Assembly (NCBI GenBank): GCA_963710465.1
Contig: CAVQAQ010000009.1
Coordinates: 22,515-86,514, forward strand
Origin: an uncultured Thermoleophilia bacterium
Lineage (GTDB): Bacteria > Actinomycetota > Thermoleophilia > Gaiellales > Gaiellaceae
DNA length: 64,000 nucleotides
Direction of reading: 5' to 3'
Below, piece by piece: positions 1 through 10,100 of the stretch. How positions within the stretch are numbered: position 1 is the stretch's first letter; the number at the start of each line of letters is the position of its first letter. The notes beneath the pieces were generated by a model. The model was not told the origin of the DNA, ran no database searches, and saw only the letters and a list, made by a program, of their open reading frames with translations. The position numbers and the translations under genes were made by a program.

Positions 1-603
1 CCGCACAGCCCGCACGCGGGACGCGGGAACGGCATCGGCGAGTCGCTGCGGGGCCTATGGCACGCCCACAGCGGCTGGTTCTTTGCCGAGGGCGCCCGCG
101 CCGAGCGGGAGCGCTACGCGCCGGATCTGCTCGACGACCGCGGGCTGCAGATCATCGCGAAGCTCTTCGCGCCGCTGGTTCTCGTCTCGCTGCTCCTGCC
201 CGCCCTCGTCGGCTGGGCGCTCATCGGCGGCTGGTACGGATTCCTCGCGGGGCTGATCTGGGGCGGCGCCGTCAGGATCTTCCTGCTCCAGCACGTGACG
301 TTCTCGATCAACTCGATCTGCCACTTCTCGGGCCGGCGCCGATTCGCATCCAGCGACGAGTCGCGAAACGTGTGGTGGCTGTCGTGGATCTCGTTCGGCG
401 AGTCCTGGCACAACAACCACCACGCCTTCCCGACATCGGCCTTCCACGGGCTCCGTCGCGTGGAGCTCGACCCGGGCGGTCTCGCCATCCTCGCCCTCGA
501 GAAGACGGGGCTCGCCTGGCGGGTCAGGCGCATCCCGCCGGCAAAGCAGGCACGCAAGCAGCTGGCCGCCACGATCCAGGCGGCCAGAGGCTCAGCTCCC
601 TGA
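1..603 (+). CDS. Membrane acyl-CoA (stearoyl-CoA type) fatty acid desaturase, C-terminal part; the 5' end lies outside the window
   Basis: Frame 1 is open from base 1 (..LWHAHSGWFF..) and runs into ORF 295-603. Histidine box SWHNNHHAFP. TGA at 601-603. Confidence 0.85.
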   Translation, partial: PHSPHAGRGNGIGESLRGLWHAHSGWFFAEGARAERERYAPDLLDDRGLQIIAKLFAPLVLVSLLLPALVGWALIGGWYGFLAGLIWGGAVRIFLLQHVTFSINSICHFSGRRRFASSDESRNVWWLSWISFGESWHNNHHAFPTSAFHGLRRVELDPGGLAILALEKTGLAWRVRRIPPAKQARKQLAATIQAARGSAP

Positions 604-824
604 AGACGAGCCGGTCCCGCAGCTAGGCGCCGACCGCCGCCATCGAGGGGACGATGCCGAGCTGCTGCCTCGTCACCCCGGAGTCGAAGACGCCCCAGTG
701 CTCGACGGCGATGAGCGCGCGTCCGGGAACGCTTGCCGCCACATGGCGCATCCCCCAATCCCCTTCTGAAAAGCCCCTACCACCGAGTTGCGCCCTGTTC
801 GACGGGAAAGCGGAAGTGAAATAG

Positions 825-1637
825 CTAGTCGCCTGCCACGTCGCGGCGTACGAAGACGACGTACGCGACCGCGAGCGGCAGGAAGATGTAGAGCGCGCAC
901 ACCCAGAGGGCTCGCCAGATCGGCACCCAGTCGGCCGGCACGCGCAGGAAGCCGTGCCACGCCTCGAACTGCGTGCCGAGCAGGTACGGACGGATGCTCT
1001 CGGTCCCGGGCAGGACGCCGAGCAGCTGCATCAGCAGGGCCCACATCAGCGTCCCGACGACGGCGGCGGCGCTGTTCCGCGTGATGGTGGACAGCATGAC
1101 GCCGAACGTCGCAATGCCGATCAGCGGCAGCGCGTACACGGCAACGCTCGCGGCCAGCAGGCCCAGCGCGTGCATGGCGGACACGTCGTTGCCGGACAGC
1201 GTCTGCAGCGGCTTGAAGCCCCAGGCGAGGCTCCCTGCGACGACGCCGACGAGCGCCAGGCCCACGATCGCTGCGACCGTGTACGTGGCGGTGGCGAGCA
1301 CCTTGCCCGTGAAGATCTCGCCGCGGTTGAGCGACCTCGTCAGGATCGTCTTCAGCGTGCCGTTGTTGCTCTCCGAGGCGACGATGTCGCCGGCGACGAG
1401 CGCCGTGATCAGCGGCAGGCCCCAGATCGACATGAAGAAGAGGACGACGAACGGCGTCGCGAGCCCGGTGTCGCGGATGTTGCGGCCGAGGAGGATGTCG
1501 TTCGGGCCGCCGGACTGGGTTAGCAGCACGACGACGAAGACGATCGGCACGAGCATCGCCACGCCTAGGCCGAGGTACGTCCGCTTCTGGGCGAGCAGCT
1601 TGGCCAGCTCCCAGCGGTAGACGTGCGCGACGCCCAT
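825..1637 (-). CDS. ABC-2 type transporter permease
   Basis: 270-aa ORF with about 6 hydrophobic spans. Its ATG at 1637 shares one base with the TGA of the upstream ABC ATPase gene (TGATG). Confidence 0.8.
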   Translation of the reverse strand: MGVAHVYRWELAKLLAQKRTYLGLGVAMLVPIVFVVVLLTQSGGPNDILLGRNIRDTGLATPFVVLFFMSIWGLPLITALVAGDIVASESNNGTLKTILTRSLNRGEIFTGKVLATATYTVAAIVGLALVGVVAGSLAWGFKPLQTLSGNDVSAMHALGLLAASVAVYALPLIGIATFGVMLSTITRNSAAAVVGTLMWALLMQLLGVLPGTESIRPYLLGTQFEAWHGFLRVPADWVPIWRALWVCALYIFLPLAVAYVVFVRRDVAGD

Positions 1638-2578
1638 CAGGCCACCGCCTCGCGGTCGGCGTCGGACGACTCGCCGCCGGTCATGCCGAGGAAGAGCTCC
1701 TCGAGGCTCTGCGTCTCCGGGACGAGCGCGGTCAGCCCGATCTGCGCCTGGCCGAGCGCGACGGTCAGCGCCGCGATCGCGTCCTCCTCCCCGCGCAGCC
1801 GGAGGTCGCCGTTCGCGGCGGGCAGCACCTCCACCCCGCTCTGCGCCAGGGAGAGCGCGCGCGCCCGCTCGGGATCGGTCGCGCGCAGACGGAAGCCCGT
1901 CGACGCGGTGGCGAGCAGGTCGCCGAGCATGCCCTCGTAGATGATCGAGCCCTTGCGGATGATCGCGACCCGGTTGCAGAGCTCCTCGACCTCGTTCAGC
2001 AGGTGGCTCGAGAGCAGGATCGTGATGCCCTCGTCCGCGAGCCGCCGCACGAGCTGGCGCATGTCGCGCATGCCGGCCGGGTCGAGCCCCGTCGTCGGCT
2101 CGTCGAGCAGCAGCAGCCGCGGGCTGCGCAGCAGCGAGGCGGCGATGCCGAGCCGCTGGCGCATGCCGTGCGAGTAGCCGCCTACCCGGTCCTTCGCGCG
2201 GTCGCGCAGCTCGACCGTCTCGAGCACCTCGTCGATGCGCGCGGATGCGCCGTGCCCGTCGTAGTCGGCGAGCAGGCGAAGGTTCTTGCGCCCCGACAGG
2301 TACGGGTAGAAGCGCGGCCCCTCGACGAACCCGGCGACACCGTCGAGCGCACGGGCGCCGACCTCGAGCGGGTTACGGCCGAAGAGCTCCGCCGTCCCCT
2401 CGGTCGGTCGGATCAGCCCGAGCAGCATGCGCAGCGAGGTGGTCTTGCCCGCGCCGTTGGGGCCGAGGTAGCCGAAGACGTCGCCGCGCTCGACGGTCAG
2501 GTCGACGTGGTCGACCGCGGTGATCTCGCCGTAACGCTTGACGAGCCCGCGCGTCGCAACGGGCGGCGCGTCGGTCAC
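1637..2578 (-). CDS. ABC transporter ATP-binding protein
   Basis: Walker A GPNGAGKTT, signature-like YSHGMRQRL, Walker B LLLLDEPTTGLD. GTG at 2578 overlaps the stop of the upstream gene (GTGA). The longer ORF to 2659 is Arg-rich and unlikely to be translated. Confidence 0.9.
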   Translation of the reverse strand: MTDAPPVATRGLVKRYGEITAVDHVDLTVERGDVFGYLGPNGAGKTTSLRMLLGLIRPTEGTAELFGRNPLEVGARALDGVAGFVEGPRFYPYLSGRKNLRLLADYDGHGASARIDEVLETVELRDRAKDRVGGYSHGMRQRLGIAASLLRSPRLLLLDEPTTGLDPAGMRDMRQLVRRLADEGITILLSSHLLNEVEELCNRVAIIRKGSIIYEGMLGDLLATASTGFRLRATDPERARALSLAQSGVEVLPAANGDLRLRGEEDAIAALTVALGQAQIGLTALVPETQSLEELFLGMTGGESSDADREAVA

Positions 2579-3756
2579 CCGAGGTCTGCGGCCGCGGACT
2601 CTGCGACCGCCGGCGTGACCGAGCCGGCGACGATCGTCGAGACGCCGCCCGACTGCCACTCGAGGATCGTCCCGAGCGGCGTCGCGAGCTCCTTCGCGGT
2701 GTGCGCCCCGGCGGTCACGGCGGGCAGGGGCGCGAGCACGTTCGAGCCCTGGTTGCCCGCTTTGCGCTCCGCGACGACGATCGCGCCGAGGTTGTCGCCG
2801 TACACCGCGACGGCCGTCTGCTGGTCGCCGGTGCCGGCGAGCCGCACGGTGGTGCGCGCGCGGCCGGCGACGCTGTCGGGGAACGAGACCGGGAAGCCGG
2901 CGGCGGCCTGCACGGCCGCGAGCCCCTCGATGCTGCTGTGAGCGCCGCCGGACGAGGAGTCGTGGCCGGACGGCAGCGACAGGTCGACGACCGTGGCGTC
3001 CGCGGGCGGCGCGATCGACACGTCCCCGTCCGAGACGTCGCCGAACTGGATATCGGTGACGGCGAGCTCGAGCACCGGCGAGGTCGCGCCCTTGGCGTAG
3101 ATGCCCACGCGGAGCGGCACGCCGCGGATCGCGTCCCAGGCGAGCTCGGCGTTCCCGAGCAGGCTGCTGTGGTCCTGCGGCCCGACGCTCACGGAGTAGG
3201 CGGGCTCGCCGGCGACGTCGGTCGGCGTCGCGCCGGAGACGTCCGCGTGGAGCGCCAGCCGGTTCAGCGCGTCCTGGATCTCCGACTCGGACGGCGGCGT
3301 GTTCTGCGTGTCCGTGCCGGTGCTGCTCTCGTTACGGGCCGGCAGCGTCGCCCGGTACACGGTGTTCGAGGACGCGTCGTAGACGCTGACCTGGTCGCCG
3401 TTCCAGGTGATCTGCGCGTCGCCGGCGTCGGACTGGAGCTCGAGCCGGCCGCGGCCGTCGTTCGTCACCCAGAGGCGCCCGGAGGCGCCGGTGAGCAGCG
3501 CCGAGCCGACCTGGCCCTGGGCGAGCGAGCTACCGGGAACGAGGCCGTTCGTGAACTGGATGCGGGCGGAGACGCCGGACGGCTTGTCGGCCGTCAGCGC
3601 ACCGTGAAGCGCCTGCGCGAGCGACTCCGACCGCGGGACGGAGCCGCCGCTGCCGGCAAGCGCCACGGCAGCGGTCACCACGGCGATTGCACTGGCGCCG
3701 ACCGCCGTCAGGAGGAAGAGGAGACGGCCGGTTGGCAGCGTGCGCAGGAGCTTCAC
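2575..3756 (-). CDS. Membrane-anchored LolA-like / DUF4367-like protein
   Basis: GTG at 3756 (VKLLRTLPTGRLLFLL.. N-terminal TM anchor), followed by beta-rich LolA/RseB-like sequence (ARIQFTNGL..GRLWVTNDGRGRLELQSD..). The 616-aa ORF upstream of 3756 is antisense to the next gene. Translationally coupled to the ABC ATPase. Confidence 0.6.
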   Translation of the reverse strand: MKLLRTLPTGRLLFLLTAVGASAIAVVTAAVALAGSGGSVPRSESLAQALHGALTADKPSGVSARIQFTNGLVPGSSLAQGQVGSALLTGASGRLWVTNDGRGRLELQSDAGDAQITWNGDQVSVYDASSNTVYRATLPARNESSTGTDTQNTPPSESEIQDALNRLALHADVSGATPTDVAGEPAYSVSVGPQDHSSLLGNAELAWDAIRGVPLRVGIYAKGATSPVLELAVTDIQFGDVSDGDVSIAPPADATVVDLSLPSGHDSSSGGAHSSIEGLAAVQAAAGFPVSFPDSVAGRARTTVRLAGTGDQQTAVAVYGDNLGAIVVAERKAGNQGSNVLAPLPAVTAGAHTAKELATPLGTILEWQSGGVSTIVAGSVTPAVAESAAADLG

Positions 3757-3797
3757 GTCTGACCCTTCGGCAGTATTTGCACCACGGTCTGAAGGGT

Positions 3798-3853
3798 GCC
3801 TGAACGCGCGTGAGCGCCGCCTGAACGCCTCTGTTAAGCGCTCATTCAGGCGG
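3798..3853. promoter_or_regulatory. Repeat cluster in a divergent promoter region: direct repeats plus one inverted half-site
   Basis: GCCTGAACGC occurs at 3798-3807 and 3819-3828 (21-nt period). CCGCCTGAA at 3817-3825 is the perfect inverse of TTCAGGCGG at 3845-3853. The cluster lies between divergent starts at 3756 (-) and 3872 (+). Confidence 0.3.
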
Positions 3854-3871
3854 ACGTCAGACGCCTTCGTG

Positions 3872-4804
3872 ATGATCAGTGCAACCGTGCACGGCATCGC
3901 GACGCTCATCCAGGACGCCGCGGACGCGCTCGCGGCCGTCTCCCCCGCGGCGCTCGCAATCGCCCTCCTCCTCCACGTCGGCAAGGTCGCGGCCGAGGCG
4001 CGGTCCTGGCACGGGATCGTGGCGCACACGTACCGCGACGCGCGCTTCCGGGTGACCCTTGGCGCCTTCGCAGGCTCGCTCGGCGCCAACGTCGTGCTGC
4101 CCGCGCGCATCGGCGATGCCCTGCGACTCGGGATCGTCCGCAAGCGGGTCCGGGACGGGTCGGGCTCGACGATCGCGGCGACGATGGTGCTCGAGACGGC
4201 GTTCGAGACCGCGTTCAGCGTCGCGGTGGTCGTCGCAGTGCTCCTGGCCGGGCGGTCGGTCGGGTCGCTCGGCGCGCCCGCGGGGGCGGTCGGCGGCATC
4301 GCCGCGCACCGGTCGGCGCCCTTCGTGGCCGCGGGCCTCGCCGTGGGGGTCGCGGTGATCATCCGCCTGTGCCGGCCGTGGCTCCGTCGCGTCGGCGCGG
4401 ATATGCGCCGGGGCTTCGCGATCATGGGCTCGCCGGGCGCGCTCGGCCGCGGCGTGGTGAGCTGGAAGCTGCTCGCGTGGACGCTCCGGCTGGGCAGCGT
4501 CTACTTCTTCCTCGTTGCATTCCACGTGCCCGGCACGGCCTGGACCGTCCTCCTTGTCGTCGCCGCCCAGGCGGCCGCATCGCTGATCCCACTGCTCCCG
4601 GGCAACGCGGGCGCGCAGCAGGCCGCACTGGTCGTCAGCCTGGCCGGGTACGCGACCGCGGCCAGCGTCGTGGCGCTCGGGATCGGCATGCAGGCCGCGA
4701 CGGGCATCGTCGACCTCGTCCTGGGCGGGCTCGCGGTCTGGCTGGTCGCGAACACCGGCGAGGTGCGCGCCCTGCTCCGTGGACGCCGGCCCGCGCGATA
4801 CTGA
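3872..4804 (+). CDS. Flippase-like / lysylphosphatidylglycerol-synthase transmembrane-region family membrane protein
   Basis: ATG at 3872 (GTG at 3869 is an alternative). Multiple TM spans. Resembles the UPF0104 family (..PARIGDALRLGIV.., ..LIPLLPGNAGAQQAAL..). Confidence 0.6.
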   Translation: MISATVHGIATLIQDAADALAAVSPAALAIALLLHVGKVAAEARSWHGIVAHTYRDARFRVTLGAFAGSLGANVVLPARIGDALRLGIVRKRVRDGSGSTIAATMVLETAFETAFSVAVVVAVLLAGRSVGSLGAPAGAVGGIAAHRSAPFVAAGLAVGVAVIIRLCRPWLRRVGADMRRGFAIMGSPGALGRGVVSWKLLAWTLRLGSVYFFLVAFHVPGTAWTVLLVVAAQAAASLIPLLPGNAGAQQAALVVSLAGYATAASVVALGIGMQAATGIVDLVLGGLAVWLVANTGEVRALLRGRRPARY

Positions 4805-4814
4805 AGGTGCTGTG

Positions 4815-5481
4815 ATGGAGCCGCGGGTGATCGTGCTGGAGGACGACTCGGAGCTGCGTGCGCTGCTGCGCCGCGGCCTCGGCGAGGAAGGCTTTCACGT
4901 GACGACGGCGGCGACCGCCGGCGAGCTGCTCGACCAGGTCGGGATGGACGAGGCCGACGCGCTCGTCGTCGACATCGGTCTGCCCGATGCCGACGGCCGC
5001 GACGTCGTCCAGGCACTGCGCGCCCGCGGCGTTGGCACGCCGGTGCTCTTCCTGACCGCCCGCGACGCGCTCCCCGACCGGCTGGCCGGGTTCGCGGCGG
5101 GCGGCGACGACTACGTGACGAAGCCGTTCGCCTTCGCCGAGTTCGTCGCGCGGCTCCGCGCCCTGATCCGCCGCGGCGGCACCGACCTGGCCGTGGAGGC
5201 CGACGGGATGCGGCTCGACCCGGCGACCCATGCGGTGTGGAGCGGCGACGAGAGCCGTGAGCTGACCCCGACGGAGTTCAGGATCCTGGCACGGCTCGCC
5301 TCCGCGCCCGGCGCGGCCGTGCGGCGGCGCGAGCTCGTGCAGGCCGCCTGGCCGCACGGCGCCATCGTCCACGACAACACCCTGGACGTGTACATCGCGC
5401 CGGCTGCGGCGCAAGCTCGGCACCCTGCCGGCCTCGCCGCACATCACGACCGTCCACGGGATCGGCTACTCGCTGCGATGA
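4815..5481 (+). pseudogene. OmpR-family response regulator; reading frame interrupted by one extra base near 5400
   Basis: Receiver motifs VVDIGLPDADG and YVTKPF. After ..NTLDVYIA the +1 frame reads RLRRKLGTLPASPHITTVHGIGYSLR with its stop at 5479-5481. The extra C is in gcgc/cggctg. That stop overlaps the kinase ATG (ATGA). Confidence 0.8.
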
Positions 5482-6816
5482 GCAGGCACTCGCGGCGGCT
5501 GGGCGTCCGGTCCAGGCTGCTGCTTGCCGTCGGGGGCGCGCTCGCCGTCGCCCTCGTGGCCGGGCTGATCGGGTTCTCGCTGCTGCTCAGCAGGCGGCTC
5601 GCCTCGGATGCAACCGCGCTGGCACGCGCCCATGCCCAGGTGGAGGAAGCAGCGCTGGTCGTCCGTAACGGCAAGCTCGCCACGCCCGAGTCGCCCCGGA
5701 GGGGCGCGTGGCCGGGCAGACGTGGATCTTCGCGGGGCCGCGGGCGCTGGAGCGGCCGCGGGCCAGCCAGCGCCTGCAGGAGACGGCGGAGTCGCTCGCC
5801 GGGGGCCCGGCGCGTGCGTTCACCGAACACGACACCCGCTTCTACGCGCTGCCGATCTTCCGCGACGGCACCCGCTACGGCACCGTCGTCGCTGCGATTC
5901 CGCTCGACGCGTACGACGAGACGGAGCGAACCGGGTTCGTCTCCTCGCTCGTCTTCGCGTTCGCCCTCCTCGCGGTCGGGCTCGTCATCACACGCTGGAT
6001 CCTCGGCAAGGCCCTGCTGCCCGTCTCGCGCATGACGGAGGACGCGTCCAAGTGGAGCGACAGCGACATCGACCGGCGCTTCGACTTCGGCGAGCCGTAC
6101 GACGAGCTGACCCGCCTGGGCGCCACGCTCGACGCGCTGCTCGACCGCCTCGCCTCGAGCCTGCGCCACGAGCAGCGGCTCACGGCCGAGCTCTCGCACG
6201 AGCTGCGCACGCCGCTCGCGCGCATCGCCGCCGAGGCCGAGCTGGCGCTCAACCGGCCGCGCGAGCCCGAGGACTACCGGCAAGCATCGAGGCGATCCGC
6301 CGCAACGCCGACCAGATGACCCGCACGATCGACGCGCTGATCGCGGCCGCCCGCCAGGACGCCCGCCTCGAGCGGACGACGAGTGACGCGCGCCAGGCCG
6401 TCGAGCTGGCCGTCGAGGCAGCCCGCGAGGCGGCCGACGCGCGCGGCGTCGAGGTGCGCGTCACCGTGCCGGACGCCCCGCTGATGGTCGCCGTCGAGTC
6501 CGACCTGCTCGAGCGCATCGTCCAGCCGGTGCTCGACAACGCCGTCCGCTACGGGCGGACGGTCGTGGGCGTCGAGCTCGGCCGGAACGGCGCCAGCGCC
6601 GTGATCGCCGTCGCCGACGACGGCCCCGGCGTCGCGCCCGAGGAGCACGACCGGATCTTCGAGCCGGGCGCCCGCGGGGAGGCCGGCCGGGGCACCCAGG
6701 GCGCCGGCCTCGGGCTCGCGCTGGCCCGCCGTCTTGCGCGTTCGGCGGGCGGAGACGTGACCGTGAGCGAGGACCGCGGCGGGGGCGCCTTCGCGGTCAA
6801 GGTCCCGCTTGCATAG
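5478..6816 (+). pseudogene. Sensor histidine kinase; two frame changes (about 5697 and about 6282)
   Basis: N-terminal TM and HAMP-like region in frame 0. H-box LSHELRTPLA in the second frame. N/G boxes LDNAVRYG, DDGPGV, GAGLGLALA in the third frame. Confidence 0.8.
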
Positions 6817-6872
6817 GGTAGTTTGCGACTTGCTGCGCGAAGGCGTCTGGCGCCACGCGTAGGGTCCCCCAC

Positions 6873-8050
6873 GTGCGCATCGCAATCGTCAGCGACTATT
6901 ACTACCCCCAGCTGGGCGGGATCACCGAGCACGTCCACGGGCAGGCCACCGAGCTCACGCGCCGCGGTCACGACGTCACGCTGCTGACGCCACGGTTGGC
7001 GGTCAAGCCCTCCACAGCCATCGAGGAGGCGCTTCCGGAGCGGACGTTCGAGGTCGAGCGCATCGGCCGTGCGCTGCCGTTCTACGTCAACGGCTCCGAG
7101 ACGCCTGCTGTCGTTCGTCGGCCCGAACGGGAGCGCGAAGCTGCGCCGGCTCCTCTCCGAGCGGCGCTTCGACGTCGTCCACATCCACAACCCGATCGGC
7201 GCCTTCCTGCCGGCCGGGGCGGCCGTTGGCTCGCGCGCCCCGGTCACGGTCGGGACGCTGCACAGCGTCGTCCCTCATGGGTACCGGCTGCTGCGCGCGA
7301 TGCGCGGCCCGGTGCAGCACGTGCTGCGCAAGCTCGACTCGCGGATCGCGGTCTCGCAGGCCGTGGTCGACTCGCTGTCGCCCTCCTTCCCCGAGCTCGT
7401 CGTGGGACGTCATCCCGAACGGCGTCGACACGACCTTCTTCTCGCCCGACGCGCCACCGCTCGGCGCCGTCGAGGGCAAGCGCACGATCGTCTTCGTCGG
7501 CCGCTTCGACCCGCGCAACGGCGTCCGCCACATGATCGGGGCGTTCACGCTCCTACGCGAGACGCGCGAGGACGTCCGGCTCGTGATCGTCGGCGACGGG
7601 CCGTTGCGCCCGATCGTCGAGCGGCTCGTGCCGCCGGCGCTGCGCGACGACGTGTTCTTCGCCGGCCGCGTGAACCGGTTGCGCCCGAGCTACCTCGCCG
7701 GCGCGGAGATCCTCTGCACGCCTTGCAGCCTCGCCTCGTTCGGCATGGTGCTGCTCGAGGGCATGAGCGCAGGTCTGCCCGTGGTCGCGAGCCGGCTGCC
7801 CGGCTTCTCGCTGGTCATGCGCGACGGCGTGGACGGCCTCATGGTCGACCGCCCGGACGACGAGGCCGGGTTCGCGCGGGCGCTCGGCGAGCTGCTCGAC
7901 GATCCGGCACGCGCCGCGGCGATGGGCGCGGCGGGGCGCGAGCGCGCGATCGACACCTTCGGCTGGCCCGTCGTGGTCGACCAGCTGGAGGAGCTGTACG
8001 GCGGCCTGCTCGCCGCCGGGCGCCCGCGGGCGCTCGTCGCGGCGGCGTGA
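6873..8050 (+). pseudogene. GT4-family glycosyltransferase (PimA-like mannosyltransferase type); two +1 frame changes (about 7101 and about 7405)
   Basis: MRIAIVSDYYYPQLGGITEHV.. then ..FDVVHIHNP.. then ..VIPNGVDTTFF..LLEGMSAGLPVVAS.., read in three successive frames. GTG start at 6873, TGA at 8048-8050. Confidence 0.75.
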
Positions 8051-8815
8051 GGTCAAAGCAGACGACGTGGGCCGCCTGCGGAGGGCTGGCCGCGGGTGCC
8101 GTCGGCGTGGCCGCGACCAGGAGCCGCCGGGCGGCGTTGGCGACGGCCGTGCTCGCGGGCGCGTGGCTCTACGGCACGTTCGACCCCCGCTCTCGCCTGT
8201 TCGGCGCGCCGGCCGCTGCCCGCGCCGAGCCCGGGGCGTTCGCGCTCACGTTCGACGACGGCCCCGACCCGCGCCATACCGGCGCGATCGCCGAGCTGCT
8301 GCGCGAGCGCGGCCACCGGGCCACCTTCTTCGTCCTCGGCCGCGCCGTCCGCGAGCACCCCGAGGTGGCGGCGGCGACGGCGGCCGCCGGGCACGAGCTG
8401 GCGTCCCATGGCGACGACCACCGCCTGCTGGCGCTCACGCCTCCCTCGGGCGTTCGGGCGCAGCTGCGCGCCGCCGAGGAGGCCGTCCAGGAGGCGACCG
8501 GATCGCCCCCCGCACCGCTCTTCCGGCCGCCGCACGGCGTCCGTAGCCCCTGGCTGCGCGCCGTCGCTGCCGCGGCCGGATACCGCGTCTGCGCCTGGGA
8601 CGGCTCCGTCTTCGATACCGCGCTTCCCGGCGCCGACTTGATCGTCGAGCGCGTGCGGCCGCTGCTCGGCCCCGGCCGGGTGATCCTCCTCCACGACGGC
8701 GACGGATCCGGCGGTGGAGCGTCGCGCGAGCAGACGGTCGCGGCGCTGCCCGCGATCCTCGACGCCGCCGAAGGGCAGGGGCTGCGGTCGGTGCCGCTCA
8801 ACCGCTCTGCTCTAG
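8047..8815 (+). CDS. Polysaccharide deacetylase (NodB homology domain); 3' end uncertain
   Basis: GTG at 8047 overlaps the GT4 stop (GTGA). Motifs FALTFDDGPDP and GHELASHGDDH. The in-frame ORF runs on to 9066, antisense to the MFS gene. Removing one base near 8800 would give ..SVPLTALL followed by TAG at 8813-8815. Confidence 0.6.
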
Positions 8816-10042
8816 CACCGGGCGGGCCGGCGAGGCCCGCCCGGATCCGCCGCGCGATCAGCACGGCGGCGACCAGCGCCGGCAGCGCGAGGACGACGCC
8901 GGCGAAGCGGACGCCCACGGCTGCGGCGAGCGCGCCGTCGACCAGGCTCGCGAACGGCCGCAGCCCGAGGAACGCGACCGACCAGAGCGCCATGACGCGG
9001 CCGCGCTGGGTCTCGTCGACCTCGAGCTGGAGCTGGGTCGTCGCGCGCGCGTTCGACGCCAGGTAGCCGAAGCCGGCGATCAGCAGGAACGGCGCGGCCA
9101 CGAGCAGCGACGGTGAGAGCGAGAAGGCGATGATCCCGCCGGACAGGAGCAGCAGCGTGAAGACGGTTCGGCGTGGCGACCCGACCCGCCCGGCGAGGAA
9201 CAGCGCCGCCGTCACGGCGCCCGCGCCGAACAGGCCGATGATGATCCCGGCCACCGTGTCGGGGTAGCCGAACGCGTTCGCGAATGCCGGCGCCAGGGTG
9301 TTCACGGGGTCGGACGCGAAGCCGACCGACGGCGACGACGAGGAGCAGCCACGCGAGGCGCGGCTGCCGGCGCAGCAGGTCGAGGCTCTCGCGGAGCCGC
9401 GTCCGCCCCGCCAGGTGCTGCGGCCGCGGGCGGACGAACAGGAGCGCGGCGATGAAGACGAGGTACGACGCCGGCGTTGATGAGGAAGGCCCACGGGATG
9501 CCGAACGCCGCGATCGCGGCTGCCGCGAGGGCCGGCCCGCTCGCGCGCGCGATGTTGAACGTCATCGAGTTGAGCGCGATGGCCGACCCGAGGTCGCGCC
9601 GTGAGACGAGCGAGGAGACCATCGCCTGCTGCGCCGGCGCCGAGAACGCGCTCACGACGCCGAGCAGCAGCGCGAACACGATCACCGTCACCGCGCCGGC
9701 GTGGTCGGTGAGCGCGAGCACGCCGAGCGTGGCGCTCAGCACGACGGCGCAGCTCTGCGTGACCAGCAGCAGGCGCCGCCGGTCGAAGCGGTCGGCGGCG
9801 CTTCCCGCCCACGGCGCCAGCACGAGCACCGGGATGAAGATGGCGAAGTTCAGGACGCCGAGCAGGAACGCCGAGCCGGTCAAGCGGAAGAGCAGCAGCG
9901 ACGCGGCGAGGTTCTGGAACCACGTCCCGCTCGCGGAGAACGCGTTGCCGACGAAGTACGGGCCGAAGTTCCGCTGCCGGATGACGCCGAAGGCGGCGCG
10001 CGGCCCGGTCGGCGCGGGGAGCTCCGTCTCCTCGCTGCTCAC
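8798..10042 (-). pseudogene. MFS transporter; at least two frame changes (about 9467 and about 9325); 3' end uncertain
   Basis: MSSEETE..FGPYFVGNAFSASGTWFQNLA.. (ORF 9302-10042). It continues as ..YLVFIAALLFVRPRP.. in a second frame, then ..GFASDPVNTLAPAFANAFG.. (ORF 8169-9923). 12-TM-like hydrophobicity. Confidence 0.65.
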
Positions 10043-10057
10043 GGCCCGAAGACTGCC

Positions 10058-10088
10058 CGCGCCGGCCGCTCCCGCGACGGCCGGCGCG
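10058..10088 (-). terminator. GC-rich hairpin downstream of the cupredoxin gene (candidate intrinsic terminator, no U-tract)
   Basis: cgcgccggccg (10058-10068) is a perfect inverse of cggccggcgcg (10078-10088), with a 9-nt loop. It lies between the stop at 10101 and the next minus-strand start at 10042. Confidence 0.35.
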
Positions 10089-10100
10089 GCGCTCCGGCCG

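Noticed and set aside
623-751. 42-codon minus-strand ORF (MRHVAASVPGRALIAVEHWGVFDSGVTRQQLGIVPSMAAVGA) between the desaturase and the ABC permease
   Set aside because: The composition is plausible, but it is too short, has no recognisable motif and has an unclear ribosome-binding site. It cannot be supported without homologs.
2003-2941. Long plus-strand ORFs opposite the ABC/LolA-like genes. The same applies to 40183-42708, 44415-46220, 47448-49355, 54787-56076 and the 5' part of 59194-62235 (all +), and to 27278-29188, 36703-37869, 38752-40065, 55949-57292 and 31917-32996 upstream of 32246 (all -).
   Set aside because: These are typical high-GC shadow ORFs. They are Arg/Ala/Gly/Pro-rich low-complexity translations lying antisense or out of frame to genes with clear family motifs.
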